Shown one piece after another: positions 1-13,373 of a stretch of DNA of 64,000 nucleotides. Source of the stretch: Eledone cirrhosa (lineage: Eukaryota); NCBI GenBank assembly GCA_964016885.1, contig OZ024752.1, positions 15,438,001 to 15,502,000 of the forward strand. Direction: 5' to 3'. The notes under the pieces are model-generated. The model was not told where the DNA came from. It searched no databases and was given only the letters and a program-made list of their open reading frames with translations. Each line of letters begins with the position of its first letter. Positions within the stretch are counted from its first letter, which is position 1. A program made the position numbers and the translations under genes.

Positions 1-665
1 CGAGCAGGGACCCTGCAAAAAAGATCTGTCCGAGGTGCGTGCGAGACGAAGAAACCGTCGCTCACGCATTCATACACTGCTCGGGCGTCACCAACCTGTG
101 GGGCTATGTAGAACGACTATTGTCGCGGGTGGGACCAATCCGTTAAACCACCGAGTCCATTGTCATGACCAAACTGCCACCCTCCTTCAAAAACGAAGGA
201 AAGGCGGTTTTCCTTTGTGTGATAGCTATGGCGAAAGAGGTTGTATGGTGGACAAGGTTGAAAGGGCTGAGGTCAGACACCTTTCTCTCCGGCCAACAAC
301 TGATTATTTTTGGAAGAAGAATCAGGATGGAGAGAAAGGTGCTGTACCCCAGCAAGTTTTATGAATGGTGGGTGAAAGTGGCGAGAATGGCCCGAGTGAA
401 TGGGCCTTCTCTCTATATCAGCCTGTAGGTTGAGGAAAAAGAGGAGGAGAGGAAAGGTGTACAAACTCTTCGTACTCCTGAAGATGAGGGTTGCACATTT
501 TTTTTCAGGAGTATGTGTTAACCATATGTAATGTCTCCCCTATTGGGGAAAATCGACTAATTTTAAAATTGCATTTGTGATAATATTTTACACGTTTTTA
601 TTGTATGTAAACTTCCCCCTTTGTATTTGTCCCCTTCTTTTGTGCCCCTGTGGCTAATAAAGAAA
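1..665 (+). mobile_element. 3' end of an L1/Tx1-clade non-LTR retrotransposon (ORF2 C-terminal CCHC zinc knuckle, 3' UTR, polyA signal)
   Basis: Frame 3 from nt 3 reads ICPRCVRDEETVAHAFIHC...LW (CxxC-x8-H-x4-C zf-RVT pattern). It has one in-frame TAA near 144, continues as ORF 165-428, and is followed by AATAAA near 656 and an (ATCT)n-like tail. Confidence 0.8.
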
Positions 666-2269
666 CATATCTATCTATCTATATCAATCTATCTATTTAT
701 ACACAACGAAAGATATCTATTTATACATATTTATCTTTTTATCTATTTATCTATTTATCTATCTATCTCTCTTATATTTATTTCTATATCCTGTTTTCTT
801 CAATGAAACAAAAAACTCTCGCATTGTAGATGTAAACAGATAAATACATCATACACCTCACAATTTCCATATAATGTCTTATTTTGCTTCCTGATTTCAT
901 TTCATTAGTTATTCGAACTGTCTAGATCCTGTTTAATACATAATGAAGCTCATGGGAAAACATAAATATGACAAGGATTAAATACAATATTTACTGCTGA
1001 AGTGGTGCTGGGCATGAATTGTAAATTAATAAAAATAAGAAAATGGTTTATAATGAGTAATATGAATTCCCATGAGGAAATCTAAATGTACTGTTACAGA
1101 AATTCCAGAACTTCCATTTTTTGTGTACTTATGAAATGTATGAAAGGAACGAATTATCAGATTCGTTAGAACGTCTGATAGAATACTTTGCGGCATTCGT
1201 TTCGGCTATATGCTCTCCGAGTTCAAATCCTACCGAGGTCAACTTTGCCTTTCATCCATTCTAGGTCGATAAAAAAGTACCAGTCTAGTCCCGGAGTATA
1301 TTCTTTCTCGGTACCACTTTTCCACTCCTTCTATGTCTAGTACACTACATCCTTCTCCGGAAGAAATCTGTTATATTCAGACCTGGAGAGGGGATTGGCT
1401 CCGCTAGGTTTAGAAATGTCCTAGAAACGCTGTATGTCAATATGGCGCCTCAATGCGTCCCTCAGAAGTTAAAGGGACAATGGGGATGATGAAATGTTCG
1501 AAATAAACGTGCCATTTACCATTTGAGAGATAGTCAGGGCAATGTGAAATGGTAAAATTTCCCAACATTTGAAAGAAATTAAAATTGGGCAAGTGATTTA
1601 AATGTTCACATTTGTATGATATTTGAAAATATAATCATTTATTTTAAAATGTCATTATATACACGTCCTTCAAAATGGAGTTTCAGCACATTTTCAAATA
1701 AATGTTATGAGATAACGTGTTCGAGAACGATATTCGACTTTAATCATTACAAATGACTTTCTCTAGGCCTTAGGTATGATGTCAGTACAGAAACCTTTCC
1801 ATTTCTGTATATATTGCATGCATATCACGACTTTTGCAAATGAATCACTAACAGATAAGATCGAAAACTGCATTACATCAGCCGCAAGCAATATAAACGT
1901 TACTATATTACTGAGAAGGATACAAACATTAAACGATGTTTGAAAAGATACTGTGGTTAAGGAATTATAAGTTTCTCACTGTATATAAGGTTTGCCATAA
2001 ATATATTATGTATATTATGATATTGGATGTATGATAATTTTAATACCGTGCTTTGGGAATTCTAATAAGGTCACGATTTTCTGGAAATTACTTCCACCCG
2101 TCATAATGATGAGTACTCCTGTTAGTTTAGTGGAACGGCCTGGTCATAAAATAATCGCTCGTCCTATTTAGGATGATCCATACACTGGCATATATACGGG
2201 ACCTTATTATCGATTTTGATATCGCGCAGTTTCCAATTAATTATTTTAAATTCATACTAGTATTATTAT

Positions 2270-2897
2270 TGGACAACATGCTTCGCGGCATTGAGTTACA
2301 TCTCTTTACGTTCCCAGTTCAAATTCCGCCGGGGTTAGCTTTTCTTTTCAACCTTACGGGCTCGATAAAATAAAGTACCAGCAATGCACTGGAGTCTATT
2401 TAATCGACTTCTCCCTCCCCTCCTTCCAATTGCTTGCCTTGTGCCTAGAGTAGAAACAATTATTATTAAAATATAGTCCCAGTAACGCACTGGGTTCAGT
2501 TTATTCGATATTTCCTTGGCTGAAAATTGTTAGCTTTGCACATAAACCATAAACTATTATTATTAGGGAATGTACTGGGATAATTGCTGGCCTTGTGCCA
2601 AAAGTAGAAACAATTATTAGGGAAATCAATAGAGCCATGGATTGGCAGAATCGGTAGAGCATCGACCAACATGCTTCGCAGCATAGAGTTACGGCGTTTT
2701 ATATTCTGACTTCAATTTGGTGGTTGCGAGTCGATATAATCGATCCCCAGTGCGTAACTGGTACTTAATTTTATCAATCCCGTAAGGATCAAAATCAAAA
2801 CTAACCTCGGCGTGATTTGAACTCAGAACGTGAAGGGCCGTAACTCTAAGCCGCGAAGCATGTTGTCCGACGCCCAACCGATACTGCCAATCTACCG
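2270..2897. mobile_element. Cluster of decayed SINE family 1 copies in both orientations
   Basis: Several partial matches to the SINE-1 consensus (GTTCAAAT..., GATAAAATAAAGTACCAG, GCTGGCCTTGTGCC...AGAAACAATT). The copy at ~2740-2897 is inverted. Confidence 0.7.
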
Positions 2898-3000
2898 AAC
2901 TAATGATAATGATAAAAATGAAAAATGAAATATGTTGAAGTAATTATTTAAATGTGAATTATTGTACTAAAGAAATCAGGACAATACTAATTAATATTTA

Positions 3001-3186
3001 GGGCGGTGGATTGGCAGTATCGGTAGAGGGTCAAACGCCACGCAGCATAGTTACGCCCCTTTACGGTCTGAGTTCAAATCCCACCTAGGTTAACTTTGCC
3101 TTTCATTCTTACGGGGGTCGATAAAATAATGTACCAGTAATGCACTGGGGTAATTGCTGACCTTGTGCCAATAGTAGAAACAATTA
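3001..3186 (+). mobile_element. tRNA-derived SINE family 1 (~185 bp; central domain resembles the Meta/MESC SINE domain), reference copy
   Basis: A-box-like TGGCAGTATCGGTAGAG, B-box GAGTTCAAATCC, central AACTTTGCCTTTCATCCTTACGGGGTCGATAAAATAAAGTACCAG and an AGAAACAATTATT tail. Other copies lie at ~1155, 8492(-), 9284, 12150, 12272, 28635(-), 33495(-), 36505, 39198, 39615(-), 41272, 47457(-), 48483(-), 60918(-) and 61275(-). The domain name is from memory of SINE consensus sequences. Confidence 0.9.
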
Positions 3187-3276
3187 TTACGATTAGTTTA
3201 CAAAAATAATTCACCTGTATATGAATACTTTCACGTGTTTTATTTAACATCCCTTGATATCTAAAATTGACATATA

Positions 3277-3490
3277 TGAAGGCGCATAGCCTAGTGGTAA
3301 GGGTATTGGATTTACGAACATAATGTCGTGGGTTTGATTCCTGGGCTGGATTGCGTGTTGTGTTCTTGAGCAAAACACATCATTTCACGTAGCTCGTTTA
3401 CTCGGCTGAAAATGAGTACCAACAATAGTTGGGGTTTTAACCCTACGATTGACTAGCACCGGCCTGATTAGCTTCTGAGCTCGAAACATA
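3277..3490 (+). mobile_element. tRNA-derived SINE family 2 (CORE-type)
   Basis: tRNA head (GCCTAGTGGTAAGG...GGTTTGATTCC) followed by CORE-like TGTGTTCTTGAGCAAAACAC. Related copies lie at ~33885(-), 48075, 48690, 55815(-) and 60140-60400(-). Confidence 0.75.
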
Positions 3491-5079
3491 CTTTAGACTT
3501 ACAATGCCTAAAATTGACATCATGTACATTAGTAAAATCACGAATGTATTTCTATTTGCTAAATAAAAAATATATCTGAAAATAATAATATAAAATGAAA
3601 AACGGATATATATTTTGAGTGACAGCAAAACACGTAACTACAACTTACTTGCTACGTTTCTTCATCACAGTATTTATCTGAAAATGGCATTATTTATCTT
3701 GGCTATGAAGTATGTCAATTTGTATCATCTCTGGGAATGAACACGCCCAGTTCATAAATGCACACGTAAAATGCTATCCAAAAATAGTATAATTTATTCT
3801 TCTCTGCACAGTGAATGTCTTCACGGGTAAGAATATATATATGATTTAAAATCATTTAACAAATTCTGATAGCACTGCAAAAATGATTGTTGATTGAAGA
3901 ATACCAAGGGAGGAAGCCGTGTCATCTAGAAGTACTTTCATAAATTCGGTGTCTAATGCATTATACAGTGTAACTGGCTGTCACTTGCAAAATAACACAT
4001 CAAATATGAGCGTGTCAGATTACGTTCTAGTTAAATATACAAGATTGAAGATTTTCTATTGAGGGTATTGAATGTAAAACTAACAATGCGCTACGAATTC
4101 TGGGTTTTCTCTACCTTAACTGTAAAAGTTTATGTATGGAACTGAAGAAATATAAGCATATTTAAATTCGGAATATTTGCAATTGGTCATGTCTTAAAGT
4201 TTACATTCTTCCTACAGCTACAAGTCTTATATTTTACTGGTAGTTGCATGAACATAGAAAGCGAGAATTTGATCAACATTAAATCTCTAGAAAACAATGA
4301 CAGTTATTTCAAAGTACCGTTAACATTTCAAACTAAAATGAACATATCGCATTAGCGAACCAATGTTTCATATCTTATCCTGATCAGCATTCCTTTTCAG
4401 TTCTTTTGTTTATTTGTAGTTTTTTCCGTGACTTAAGTTTGTAAGAATAGCAGGATTATATGCTATCTAACAATTTGAATATTTACGGTTAGATATTATT
4501 GAGATATTTGAAGATGTAAAACATTATCGACTGCTTTTTGTTATCCACAAAACATAATTGCAGAATAGTATCCAAGGGGTTTAAAGTACTATTTCAATTG
4601 AAAACCTTACATAAATGAATAAGGTGTACACTCAAAAATATAACAAATAACAGAATATATACTGATAATATTAGTTAAACTCTTCAATATAGCATCGACA
4701 TGAATTTCAAGATGATTTTTGAAGAGGAAGATGGTGGGGTTGAAGAGGGAGATGACAGGGAAAATTATGAGAGATATGTTGGTTGTCACTCTCGTAATGA
4801 TGTTGAGAGTAATGGAGTGGTTCGAAATGTGTTTTATATCAAAGACACTCATGGATACAGAGAATGAAATGGTAAACAGACCATCGTACATATGAATGGC
4901 TGTTGGAGTGGAAAAATGCATATTCTTTAAATCAAAATCACGAAAAACGTCGAAACATCAGACCAACAATTTACATAATACTAACACCTACCATCAACGG
5001 CCTGTTAAGCTGAAAAGCCATACCATTTTAAGGCAAAGGGTTAGCAGAAATGGTACTGGGAAGGCTTGTAAACCGTGAT

Positions 5080-5385
5080 ATACCGCCTTCTTCTCTTCAT
5101 CGACCACTTATTCCTGAGAGGGTCGTGGAGACAAAGTCCTCAAACACTCCCTCCAGCGGATCTTGTCAGAAGCAACCGTCTCCAACTGATCTGGCTGGAT
5201 TCCCAAGTGTGACCAGCCAACCTCATGGATGTTATCCAACCATCTTTATCGGGGTCTACGCCTGGGTCCCCTACCTATTGGTTTCGCCCGCAAAATCTGT
5301 CCGGCGATTCTTTCCTTAGGCATTTTAACCACATGTCCATAGTATTGGAGCTGCGATCTCTCAATACGGAGAACACCACCTACCT
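5080..5385 (-). mobile_element. RTE-clade LINE 3' fragment
   Basis: The minus strand translates LRIERSQLQYYGHVVKMPKERIAGQILRAKPIGRGPRRRPR*RWLDNI, the typical RTE ORF C-terminus (GHVxRM...GxRxRGRPxxRWxD). Confidence 0.8.
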
Positions 5386-7967
5386 TCAAAATGTACAATG
5401 GGAAACAAACATTAACTTATGGAATGAGTATAAAGAATATTTGATTGCATTCCCACTATTGGAGACATGAGAAAGGTAACTATGCTATTTCGGTACACTA
5501 TTCATAATGTTTCATATTGAAAACCAACAAGAAAAACAGAACGCTCTCATATCAGTCTTATACTCACGAAAAGTTGAATATTTTTGTTAGACATTGTATT
5601 CTCTTTAGTTTTGTTTAGCTCTAAACTTATTAATACAGTTTGAGGATGAATTACTCGTAATAAAAGATGTTAGGGTTGCAATATAAATGATAGGCAAACA
5701 TTAGGCATTTAACCGTCAAAATGAAGATATTTACACCTCAATACACCAAATATATACCTCAAGACTAGAGCAGCTTCTGCAAGAAACACTACAAACTCAT
5801 TATCATTGACACAATATATCACCTGCTGATATTTATATTTTTAACGCTATGCAATGTTAATATATATTATATCAAAGTTCACTTATATGAGAAGTCACAA
5901 CAATCTATGAGTTTATTTAAGATCACTGAAACTTAACTAATCTCTCTTCATCCTATATCATACGGATGCGTATATTTACAAACAATGACAAATGTATAGA
6001 CAACTTGTAAAACGTTGATATTTTCTCCCTCTATCTGAATCATTGTGAGTGTCGTATTTATATCTTCTTCATTTTATTATCTGATCCCCTAACATTGATG
6101 GCCTTGTGCCTAAAGGAGAAACAATTATTTTAGCAATATGGATTTTATCCTAGCACAATGTATATTGTTTAGGAACAGTATTGTTGCTCTCTTTTATATT
6201 TGTGTTATGATTATCTGTAATTCTGATTGATATATCAACCGTAATATTGGATCTGAGATACCGTGAATTGTTGCTTCTGTTTTAATATTACAATAACATA
6301 TGTTTATATTAAAAACTTCTACCAACTATAAACAAAATCTTTGAGTACATGGAAGTTACAAAAATATTCACCACCAAAAACATCTAGCTGCTTTACAGCT
6401 TACCTTGCTTTCCACGTTTTCATTATTTCCTTTTATCCCTTTTGTGTTTATTTAGCCTTAACTATTTTTATTTATTTCATTTTATTTATTTTTATGTTAA
6501 CTTACCTTTCTCTATCTTGGTTTTTGTTTCTCAACTCTAAGAAGTACTAGACACTTCCCTAGTCTGCCATGGCTTACTTGTTCCAGACGGAGGTTTTAAT
6601 TGGTAAATAAATATATGAAATGTATTTACACTTATCATACGAATATTTGTAAAACGAAATTATGAAGTGAACTGCTGTCTGTGTTGTTCACCAAAATATT
6701 ACCCTCATAATTATATTCCTTTGGAATTATGAAATGTAGGTAATGTCCGTGAAACATATATGTGCACCAGGTCCGAACACAAAAGAACCAAACTCCCACT
6801 GCCACTGCCTCCTCTCCCCATCTCTACATCTCTTATTATTATGAGAAAATGTGAACTCATGCAGTGGTTGCTCCATGGACCATTTGTTTAGGCTTATATA
6901 TCCAGTGTCACCTTGATTGATCCCTGGTCTCAAGGTAGACGAATGCAACTTAAGGGCGCTAAAAATAGCATCAGACCTGTCAACTCTCCCCATCCGACGT
7001 TGTGATCTCCCACCCACTTTGGGGTGGGTGAGTGATGCCTTCTCTTATGAAAATGGGTATGGTTTTTATTATGTAACATCTCCCCATTTTGCCTCAATCC
7101 TTTTTTTCATGGTACTCCCCTCTTCGGGTTTTAGAAGTTGGCAGGTGTGTAGTAGGTTCTAAATAACATTAAATCTTCAGTATTTAAACATGAACTTTAA
7201 TGAATTTTGAAGTAATTTATACAAATCTAAATCGATGAACGTTAGTCAATTACCTTTCTATCCACCATGCGTATTGCTAAAATTCGTTTTCCAATACTGC
7301 TTGGAAAATTGGATAAATGACTTTCATTGATTAACGCTAAGTTGGATGTGAATGATTTTAGTAGATAAGGTATTAAATTTCGCAGCTCTCTGTTCAGTCG
7401 TAACATTTAGGTGACAGGTATGATGGAGCCTCTTTTCGCATGATAAAGAATCCACCTGATCGATAATCTTAGACATTCTAGTTCCAGAAATGGAATGGAA
7501 TGTGCTTATAATAATTTCAGAAGACATCATACTGAAACATGTTATTATATATGAACATTACACGGTGTTGCGTTACGTATTCACCTTAGATCATATGTCT
7601 TCATTCAGTAAATATATAGTTAGACCGAAATTTGAAAAGAAAGGCAAGGTGGTCCGTATCTTACCAAATGCATCTGATTTAGAATGTTGATATATCAAGT
7701 ATCCTTTATATTAAGGAAGATTATCAATTTCACTTTCTGTAAGAAATGTTGTTATATAGCTTCACTGTCGCATCATTAGACTCATTCCGGTGAGATTAAA
7801 CTGCTATTTCGACAGTGATGATTCATTTATTACCAACTACTTAATAACAGCATATATAAGTATTACACGTTATTCAAGACAATGATCTTAAGAGTTGCAC
7901 ATGGAATACAACGTGAGGTTTTACTTCTACCAAGGTTGCGATTAATTCATAATAGTTTTGGATTTTA

Positions 7968-8120
7968 CTAGAACACACCTGACCCATAGGGTCCCGTTCG
8001 CTTCAAAATATTTTTTTTTAAATCATGTTCACTTAAAAATAATTTTTAAATAATTAAAATATACACACACATGTATATAATGTGAAATGAAACTAGAAGG
8101 CCCATATATATACGTGTGTG

Positions 8121-8164
<44 letters not shown>

Positions 8165-9166
8165 TGTGTGTGTGTATTTATATATAAACAGTTGTATTCC
8201 TGTCTGTTGGTTGATTGTTTGTTTGTTCACGAGATCGTCTTATGGTTTTGGAGATAGACCCACATAACCATATATATTCTGAAACTACATTGTCCAGGGT
8301 ACTTGGATAAGAATATTTCATTTAAATCAAAGGGTTCCCGGGAGCAAAAACCCCCGTTGAAATGTTTCTCCTTCGATTTATATGAATTTTAAACCATAAG
8401 TAAATGACAAGATATGATGCCTATTCACAAAAGCTTTGAATTGATATTCTGAAAACAATTATTTACAAGAAACAAAATAAGAATAAGATTTAATTGTTTC
8501 TACTTTAGGCACAATGCCAGCAATTAACCAGTACATTACTGGTACTTTATTTTATCGACCCCGTAAGGATGAAAGGCAAAGTAAACCTCCCATAAAGGGA
8601 CGTAACTATGCTGGAAAGCATGGCGTCCGACTGTCTACCGATACTGCCAATCCACCGATAAGATTTAATAATGTAATTTTGATTTAATATATTACAAAAA
8701 TAATCTTTTCCGATTTTTCATGCATTAAATTGTGAAAGGCAGAGTTTTTCTCCATAAATTATATCACTGATATAAAATCAATCATCATTTTCTTACAAAA
8801 TAATTCGGCTAGTACATATATATATGTGTCTGTGTGTGTATGTGGGTGTCTGTGTTCTATATACACTGGTCATAGACACACACACACATATATATATATA
8901 CACACACTCACATATATATGTACACAACAAGACCACCAGCTCTCTCTCTTCCATTCTCCTTCCCTGTCTCCTCTCCCTCTCTCTATGTCTCTCTTTCTAT
9001 TTTCTCTCTTGAAGGTACCCGGAAAAACACCATATCTCGGAAACCATTTCGGGGTCAACTTCCTTTCAAAGTATTTTCCCATTATACGCTCTTTTGGTTG
9101 TATTACATTACAGACATGCAAGCAAGCAAGCAAGCAAGCAATCACAGACTTTTATTATTATATAGA
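7968..9166 (-). mobile_element. Non-autonomous Helitron-like element with nested insertions
   Basis: On the minus strand it starts A|TCTATATAAT and ends in a GC hairpin (GGGACCC..GGGTC) plus CTAG|T, i.e. an AT target. A second copy at ~57785-58515 lacks the ~8170-8815 segment. Confidence 0.6.
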
Positions 9167-9950
9167 TGGACTAGATAGACAGGATATATAACAAATTCCC
9201 GCTTATTTTCAATAAAGATTACAGTACAAATTTCGAAAATGAGGCTTTACCAATTATTAATTAACATGCTACTTATTATGTTAAGCGGTGGATTAGCAGT
9301 ATCGGTAGAGGATCGGACGCCATGTTTTGACGCAATGATTTACGACCCTTGCTTTCCGAGTTTAAATCCCGCCGAGGTTAACTTTGCCTTTCATACTTAC
9401 TGGGTCGATAAAATAACGTACCAGTAATGCACTGTGTAATTGCTGGCCTTGTGCCAAAAAGTAGAAACAATTATGTTAAGTTGTCCCAGTGACAAGTAAA
9501 TATTGATGGCATCAAAGTGGTAGCTAACCTCTCAGGATAAACACTTCACCCAGTGAAATAAAAAGGTGTACATAATCTTGTTTCAGTAACAATAAAAACA
9601 ACGGTTTGACGATTTCTATCACAAACTATGCATGCTTATTTTATGCATCCTGTGTAAAGTTCCCAGTCACTCACAGATACAAATACGTATATATACACAC
9701 GCGCACACACACACGTGTGTCTACATGTTGACATATATATGAGGAGCTTCAAATTCCAAAGTCAGGTTCGACCATTAATAGATCGAGCTGATCGACAGTG
9801 AAACCTGTAATATCTAATAAAATATGTATATGATGCAACATCCATTCTTATATTTATACTCTGTTCCCCAAGAGCATCGATTGCTCATTTGGCAAACGCC
9901 TATGGACGCAATTTACTTGCACCTTTAATATATATATATATATATATATA

Positions 9951-10464
9951 TGCAAAAGTTCTATTTAAAATTGTTGGGATACAACAAGTAAATATTTTAT
10001 AACTGATATAAAGCACTCGACAAGTTTTTGGAGTAGATATACGATATTAAATAAATGGAAACTATATTTATAAAACCATATTTATTTCATTATACATATT
10101 TCAGGGATACCAAATTAAAATATGGTATGCCTTCATCAGACAAAATACAATATATAAACAGTTTTATAAATAATTTTGACGTACCCTATTAGTTGCAACC
10201 ATTATTTTTGGAAGCTGTCTGGATAGTGTATATAAATATAAACAGCTTCCAAAAATAATGGTTGCAACTAATAGGGTACGTCAAAATTATTTATAAAACT
10301 GTTTATATATTGTATTTTGTCTGATGAAGGCATACCATATTTTAATTTGGTATCCTTGAAATATGTATAATGAAATAAATATGGTTTTATAAATATAGTT
10401 TCCATTTATTTAATATCGTATATCTACTCCAAAAACTTGTCGAGTGCTTTATATCAGTTATAAA

Positions 10465-10470
<6 letters not shown>
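9951..10470. mobile_element. Fold-back mini-element family A (HHR-like core in each arm), in (TA)n
   Basis: Near-perfect inverted arms ~9992-10218 and ~10242-10468, with a ~40-bp extension on the left arm and (TA)n on both sides. CTGATGA-hairpin-GAAA occurs at 10321-10361. Confidence 0.85.
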
Positions 10471-10497
<27 letters not shown>

Positions 10498-10721
10498 AAC
10501 AATTAAGTTAAAGATGTACATCCACATATGTATACTGAAATACTAGTATGCATATGAATACACACACGTATACATATGTAGATGTACCGAGTTTTTCACT
10601 GGTCACTTTACTGTGAGTGTCCAGCTATTCTGTATGTAAACACACAGACAAACCGGTTTTTAGAGTCATACTGGTTTTTGAGGAAACACCTTTCCTCTAT
10701 TCTCCAGAAAGCCAGGCAAGG

Positions 10722-10766
10722 AATATTGAACTAGTTTCGATGTTGTTACATCTCATCAGCAATATT
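10722..10766 (-). ncRNA. Minimal type I hammerhead ribozyme
   Basis: Minus strand: AATATTG-CTGATGA-GATGT aaca ACATC-GAAA-CTAG-TT-CAATATT, i.e. 7-bp stem I, canonical core, 5-bp stem II and palindromic stem III ACTAGT. Confidence 0.9.
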
Positions 10767-11187
10767 TACCTATCTTCCGGCCTCTCTAGAGAATCGTAAA
10801 AGCACATATCGTTATATGCTTTTTCTATGAACATTAGTAGTGGGCAGACTAATTTGCATAGAGCGTGAGTACGTACCGGTTCAACGGAGACGATAAAAAC
10901 AAATAACGAAACGAAATTAAATTTCGTTTCATTTGTAACTCACTTTTGTATGACTGACGCTTAAACAATTAAGTTAAAGATGTACATCCACATATGTATA
11001 CTGAAATACTAGTATGCATATGAATACACACACGTATACATATGTAGATGTACCGAGTTTTTCACTGGTCACTTTACTGTGAGTGTCCAGCTATTCTGTA
11101 TGTAAACACACAGACAAACCGGTTTTTAGAGTCATACTGGTTTTTGAGGAAACACCTTTCCTCTATTCTACAGAAAGCCAGGCAAGG

Positions 11188-11232
11188 AATATTGAACTAG
11201 TTTCGATGTTGTTACATCTCATCAGCAATATT
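11188..11232 (-). ncRNA. Minimal type I hammerhead ribozyme (second tandem copy)
   Basis: Identical to 10722-10766, 466 bp downstream. Confidence 0.9.
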
Positions 11233-11725
11233 TACCTATCTTCCGGCCTCTCTAGAGAATCGTAAAAGCACATATCGTTATATGCTTTTTCTATGAAAAT
11301 TAGTAGTGGGCAGACTAATTTGCATAGAGCGTGAGTACGTACCGGTTCAACGGAGACGATAAAAACAAATAACGAAACGAAATTAAATTTCGTTTCATTT
11401 GTAACTCACTTTTGTATGACTGACGCTTAAACAATTAAGTTAAAGATGTACATCCACATATGTATACTGAAATACTAGTATGCATATGAATACACACACG
11501 TATACATATGTAGATGTACCGAGTTTTTCACTGGTCACTTTACTGTGAGTGTCCAGCTATTCTGTATGTAAACACACAGACATATGTATACGTGTGTGTA
11601 TTCATATGCATACTAGTATTTCAGTATACATATGTGGATGTACATCTTTAACTTAATTGTTTAAGCGTCAGTCATACAAAAGTGAGTTACAAATGAAACG
11701 AAATTTAATTTCGTTTCGTTATTTG

Positions 11726-11779
<54 letters not shown>

Positions 11780-11781
<2 letters not shown>

Positions 11782-11977
11782 AACGGGTAGGACCCCGACG
11801 GCTGAGCTGAAGCCGTTTCGACTGCTAATTCTGGATTTAGTCCAGAGTTAGCCGTCGAAGCGGCTTGAGCTCAGCCGTCGGGGTCCTACTCGTTCCTATC
11901 ACCCACTCTACTACCCTAAGTATTGAGTACTTTGGTGCGTTATGGTCCATCTGGTTTCTTACCACATTTCCTTCGTT
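11780..11977. mobile_element. Fold-back mini-element family B
   Basis: Palindromic GGAAC..GACCCCGACGGCTGAGCT.AAGCCGTTTCGAC / reverse complement, with a long-arm extension ending CCTTCGTT(AT)n. Embedded in (TA)n. Confidence 0.85.
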
Positions 11978-12783
11978 ATATATATATATATAAAGAGAGC
12001 GAGAGAGTTAATTAAGCTAACAAAAGTCTTATGAGCTTTCGATTTCAGACTCGGACCAGATCGATAAATATCGAACATTACGCTGATCAATCGCAAAACA
12101 AGCGTCACACCTGAATAAACTTAATGACAATTTGACACCTCGTCCATACTTATTATCCTTGCGGGGTCGATAACATAAAGTACCAGTAATGCACTGGATC
12201 GATTTAATCGATTTTCCCCTCCCCCAAAATTGCTGGCCTTGTGCCTATACTAGAAACCATCATTATTACCGATTGGCAGTATCAAATACTTACGGCCCTT
12301 TGTGGTCTGAATTCAAATCCCGCCGAGGTACACTTTACCTTTCAACCTTACGGGGTCGATAAAATAAAGTACCAGTAATACACTGGGATAATTGCTGGCC
12401 TAGTGCTAAATTGTATATATATATATATATACAATATATACTTCGATTTGCCTCATATCAATATACCATTCCACATGATTAAATTGCCACAGCGTAGATG
12501 AGTGTAGCAGAAAAAGGAGAGAGATTTGTAAATTGTTTTACCATATTTTACTATATATTAAATATACATTTTAAAACAACTAAGAGAGATAACGAGTAAG
12601 ATGATATTTATGAGATGCAATAGAATATTCTATAAAAAATGTTTTATCAAATACACATAAGTATACATTCACACTTACATAACTACACACCGCACAAATA
12701 CACACAAGTATATATATATACATGTATGTATGTGTGTATATATATATACACATATATATATATATATATATATGTGTGTGAAA

Positions 12784-12825
<42 letters not shown>

Positions 12826-12827
12826 TT

Positions 12828-13040
12828 GGACGATCGACTTTCGTCAAGTCGGACCGAGGAAACAATGTTTCCGTTGGTCTTTCCATTTGCTAAGACTATC
12901 TATCGGTCGCAACTCCAGGTAGAAGGAGCAACGTGAAATAAAGTGTCTTGCTCAAGCACATAACGCATCGTCCAGGAATCGAACTCACAACCTCACGATT
13001 GTGAATCCAATTCTCTAACCACTCAGCCACGCGCCTTCAC
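12828..13040 (-). mobile_element. SINE family 2 (CORE-type), young subfamily
   Basis: Highly similar to 17875-18090(-) and 26520-26745(+). It has a tRNA head GAAGGCGCGTGGCTGAGTGGTTAGAG...GAGTTCGATTCC and TTGAGCAAGACAC. Confidence 0.85.
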
Positions 13041-13149
13041 ATATATATATATATATGCGTGAGTATATATATACATATACATGTGTGTATATATATATAT
13101 ACACCTCATATGCATATATACGCACACATATGTATATATATATATATGT

Positions 13150-13188
<39 letters not shown>

Positions 13189-13319
13189 CACACACATATG
13201 TATATAAATATATATGTATGTATATACATATATATATATATACACATATGTATATAAATATATATGTATGTATGAATGTGTATATATATATTTATTTATA
13301 TACACACACATGTTTATAA

Positions 13320-13373
<54 letters not shown>

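Larger units (their letters stand above)
10497..11730 (-). repeat. 466-bp tandem array (2.3 units) ending in an inverted partial copy; one hammerhead per full unit
   Basis: Units start at 10497, 10963 and 11429 (the duplicate ORFs at 10617 and 11083 are 466 apart). 11581-11730 is the reverse complement of the unit junction. Flanked by (TA)n. Confidence 0.9.

Noticed and set aside
6727-7162. Higher-complexity island with 81-96 aa ORFs
   Set aside because: No recognisable domain or splice pattern; probably an old TE fragment.
10617-11265. Duplicated 60-aa ORF (MSSYSVCKH...)
   Set aside because: It starts at GTG, is antisense to the hammerhead and is a by-product of the tandem repeat.
10497-11580. 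CRISPR-like or prokaryotic arrays
   Set aside because: There is no repeat-spacer structure and no cas gene, and the context is eukaryotic.
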